A stretch of 59,096 nucleotides of DNA from an uncultured Boseongicola sp. (GTDB lineage Bacteria > Pseudomonadota > Alphaproteobacteria > Rhodobacterales > Rhodobacteraceae): NCBI GenBank assembly GCA_938016355.1, contig CALLWO010000001.1, positions 1 through 59,096 on the forward strand, read 5' to 3'. How positions within the stretch are numbered: the stretch's first letter is position 1; every line of letters begins with the position of its first letter. Below are positions 58,463 through 59,096 of this stretch, in pieces. The notes under the pieces were generated by a model that made no database searches, had not been told where the DNA came from, and was given only the letters and a program-made list of their open reading frames with translations. The translations under genes and the position numbers were made by a program.

Positions 58463-59096
58463 GTGCGCGCGCCAACGCCTTGCCCGCTTATGCCTTGTTT
58501 GCGGCAACGCTCGCTGCTGCGGGTTTGCCGATCTATATTCACGCGCCCAAATTCTTTGTGGACCAATACGGCGTAAGTCTCGCCGCGCTGGGCCTGGTTT
58601 TGTTTGGGCTGCGTCTTTTGGACGTGGTTCAAGACCCGGCATTGGGTTGGCTGAGCAGACGCTTTGCGGCCCATCGCAGGAGCAGTGTTGCGGTTGCCGG
58701 GGCGATCATGGCGCTTTCTATGGTCGGTTTGTTCGCGATTGCGCCGCCCATAGCGCCACTTCTTTGGTTCGCGATCACATTGGCGTTTCTGTTTTCTTCA
58801 TTCAGTTTTCTAACCATCAGCTTTTACGCGCAAGGCGTGCGCAAGGCGGCTGAACTGGGAGACGACGGCCACGTCCGGCTCGCGACGTGGCGCGAAACGG
58901 GCGCGCTTTTGGGCATTTCGCTGGCGGCAGTGTTGCCGGTCGCGCTTGCCCCGATCACGGGCGCGCCATTTGCTTTATTCGCGGGACTGTTCGCGTTCGT
59001 GGCATTGGCAGCCGTTTTTGCGATGCGTGCCGAGTGGCGCGCGAGCGAAGACACTAGTGAGGTCAGTTTCGGTGTCATTCTCGCCGATCCGCTGGC
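58459..59096 (+). CDS. MFS/GPH-like transporter, N-terminal ~212 aa (continues beyond the window)
   Basis: Absent from the ORF track because there is no stop in the window. The ATG at 58459 reads MSARANALPAYALFAATLAAAGLPIYIHAPKFFVDQYGVSLAALGLVLFGLRLLDVVQDPALGWLS.... It has multiple TM helices and the RLLD..QDP..G loop typical of GPH/MFS_2 proteins. Confidence 0.7.
   Translation, partial: MSARANALPAYALFAATLAAAGLPIYIHAPKFFVDQYGVSLAALGLVLFGLRLLDVVQDPALGWLSRRFAAHRRSSVAVAGAIMALSMVGLFAIAPPIAPLLWFAITLAFLFSSFSFLTISFYAQGVRKAAELGDDGHVRLATWRETGALLGISLAAVLPVALAPITGAPFALFAGLFAFVALAAVFAMRAEWRASEDTSEVSFGVILADPL

Noticed and set aside
56697-58642. The 274-aa and 260-aa minus-strand ORFs opposite the FAD-oxidoreductase and DUF1365 genes.
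   Set aside because: They are Arg/Pro-rich shadow frames. The plus-strand genes have a Rossmann motif and ATGA coupling that support them.

Overview
This window looks like an alphaproteobacterial chromosome segment. The gene order and protein sequences resemble Rhodobacterales, judged by eye with no database search. Positions 765-32541 hold one compact flagellar gene cluster of about 32 kb. It is arranged in tightly packed, often translationally coupled blocks: motB-flgE-flgK-flgL-flgI (+); fliF-fliH-like-fliN-fliP (-); fliL-orf126-motE-like-motA-orf760-slt-flhA-fliR-flhB-orf133 (+); flgB-flgC-fliE-fliQ-flgF-flgG-flgA-flgH-fliL2 (-); fliI (+); fliC and flaF-flbT-DUF1217 (-); flgJ(rod-binding)-flgN-like (-); and fliK-flgD (+). 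The rest is core housekeeping around the dnaA locus: ubiB/ubiE, a membrane ORF, mutM, enoyl-CoA hydratase, rpsT, rhodanese, dnaA-dnaN-recF, lysE-family, gyrB, trhO-like, pncA, a SulP permease, pepF, an amidohydrolase, an ATP-dependent DNA ligase, a DUF1127/LysR pair, and rpoE-chrR facing a divergent FAD-oxidoreductase/DUF1365/MFS operon. Two edge-truncated genes are missing from the ORF track and were read directly from the sequence: an IlvD/Edd dehydratase at 1-613 (-) and an MFS/GPH-like transporter at 58459-59096 (+). I saw no rRNA, tRNA, CRISPR array, IS element, integrase or obvious defence or toxin genes. I do not see a convincing new multi-gene system. The most interesting unexplained content is the set of uncharacterised ORFs embedded in, and start/stop-coupled to, the flagellar operons. 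The main one is a 760-aa secreted protein with an AMIN-like N-terminus and TPR-like repeats, coupled to motA. Others are a coiled-coil ORF abutting flhB and a DUF1217 gene chained to flaF-flbT. Also worth a second look are candidate CtrA-type boxes in three flagellar promoter regions, a sulfotransferase-like coding relic next to the SulP gene, an orphan DNA ligase whose start abuts a terminator, and a sigma-E-type promoter at rpoE. All functional calls rest on motif recognition by eye and on gene context.
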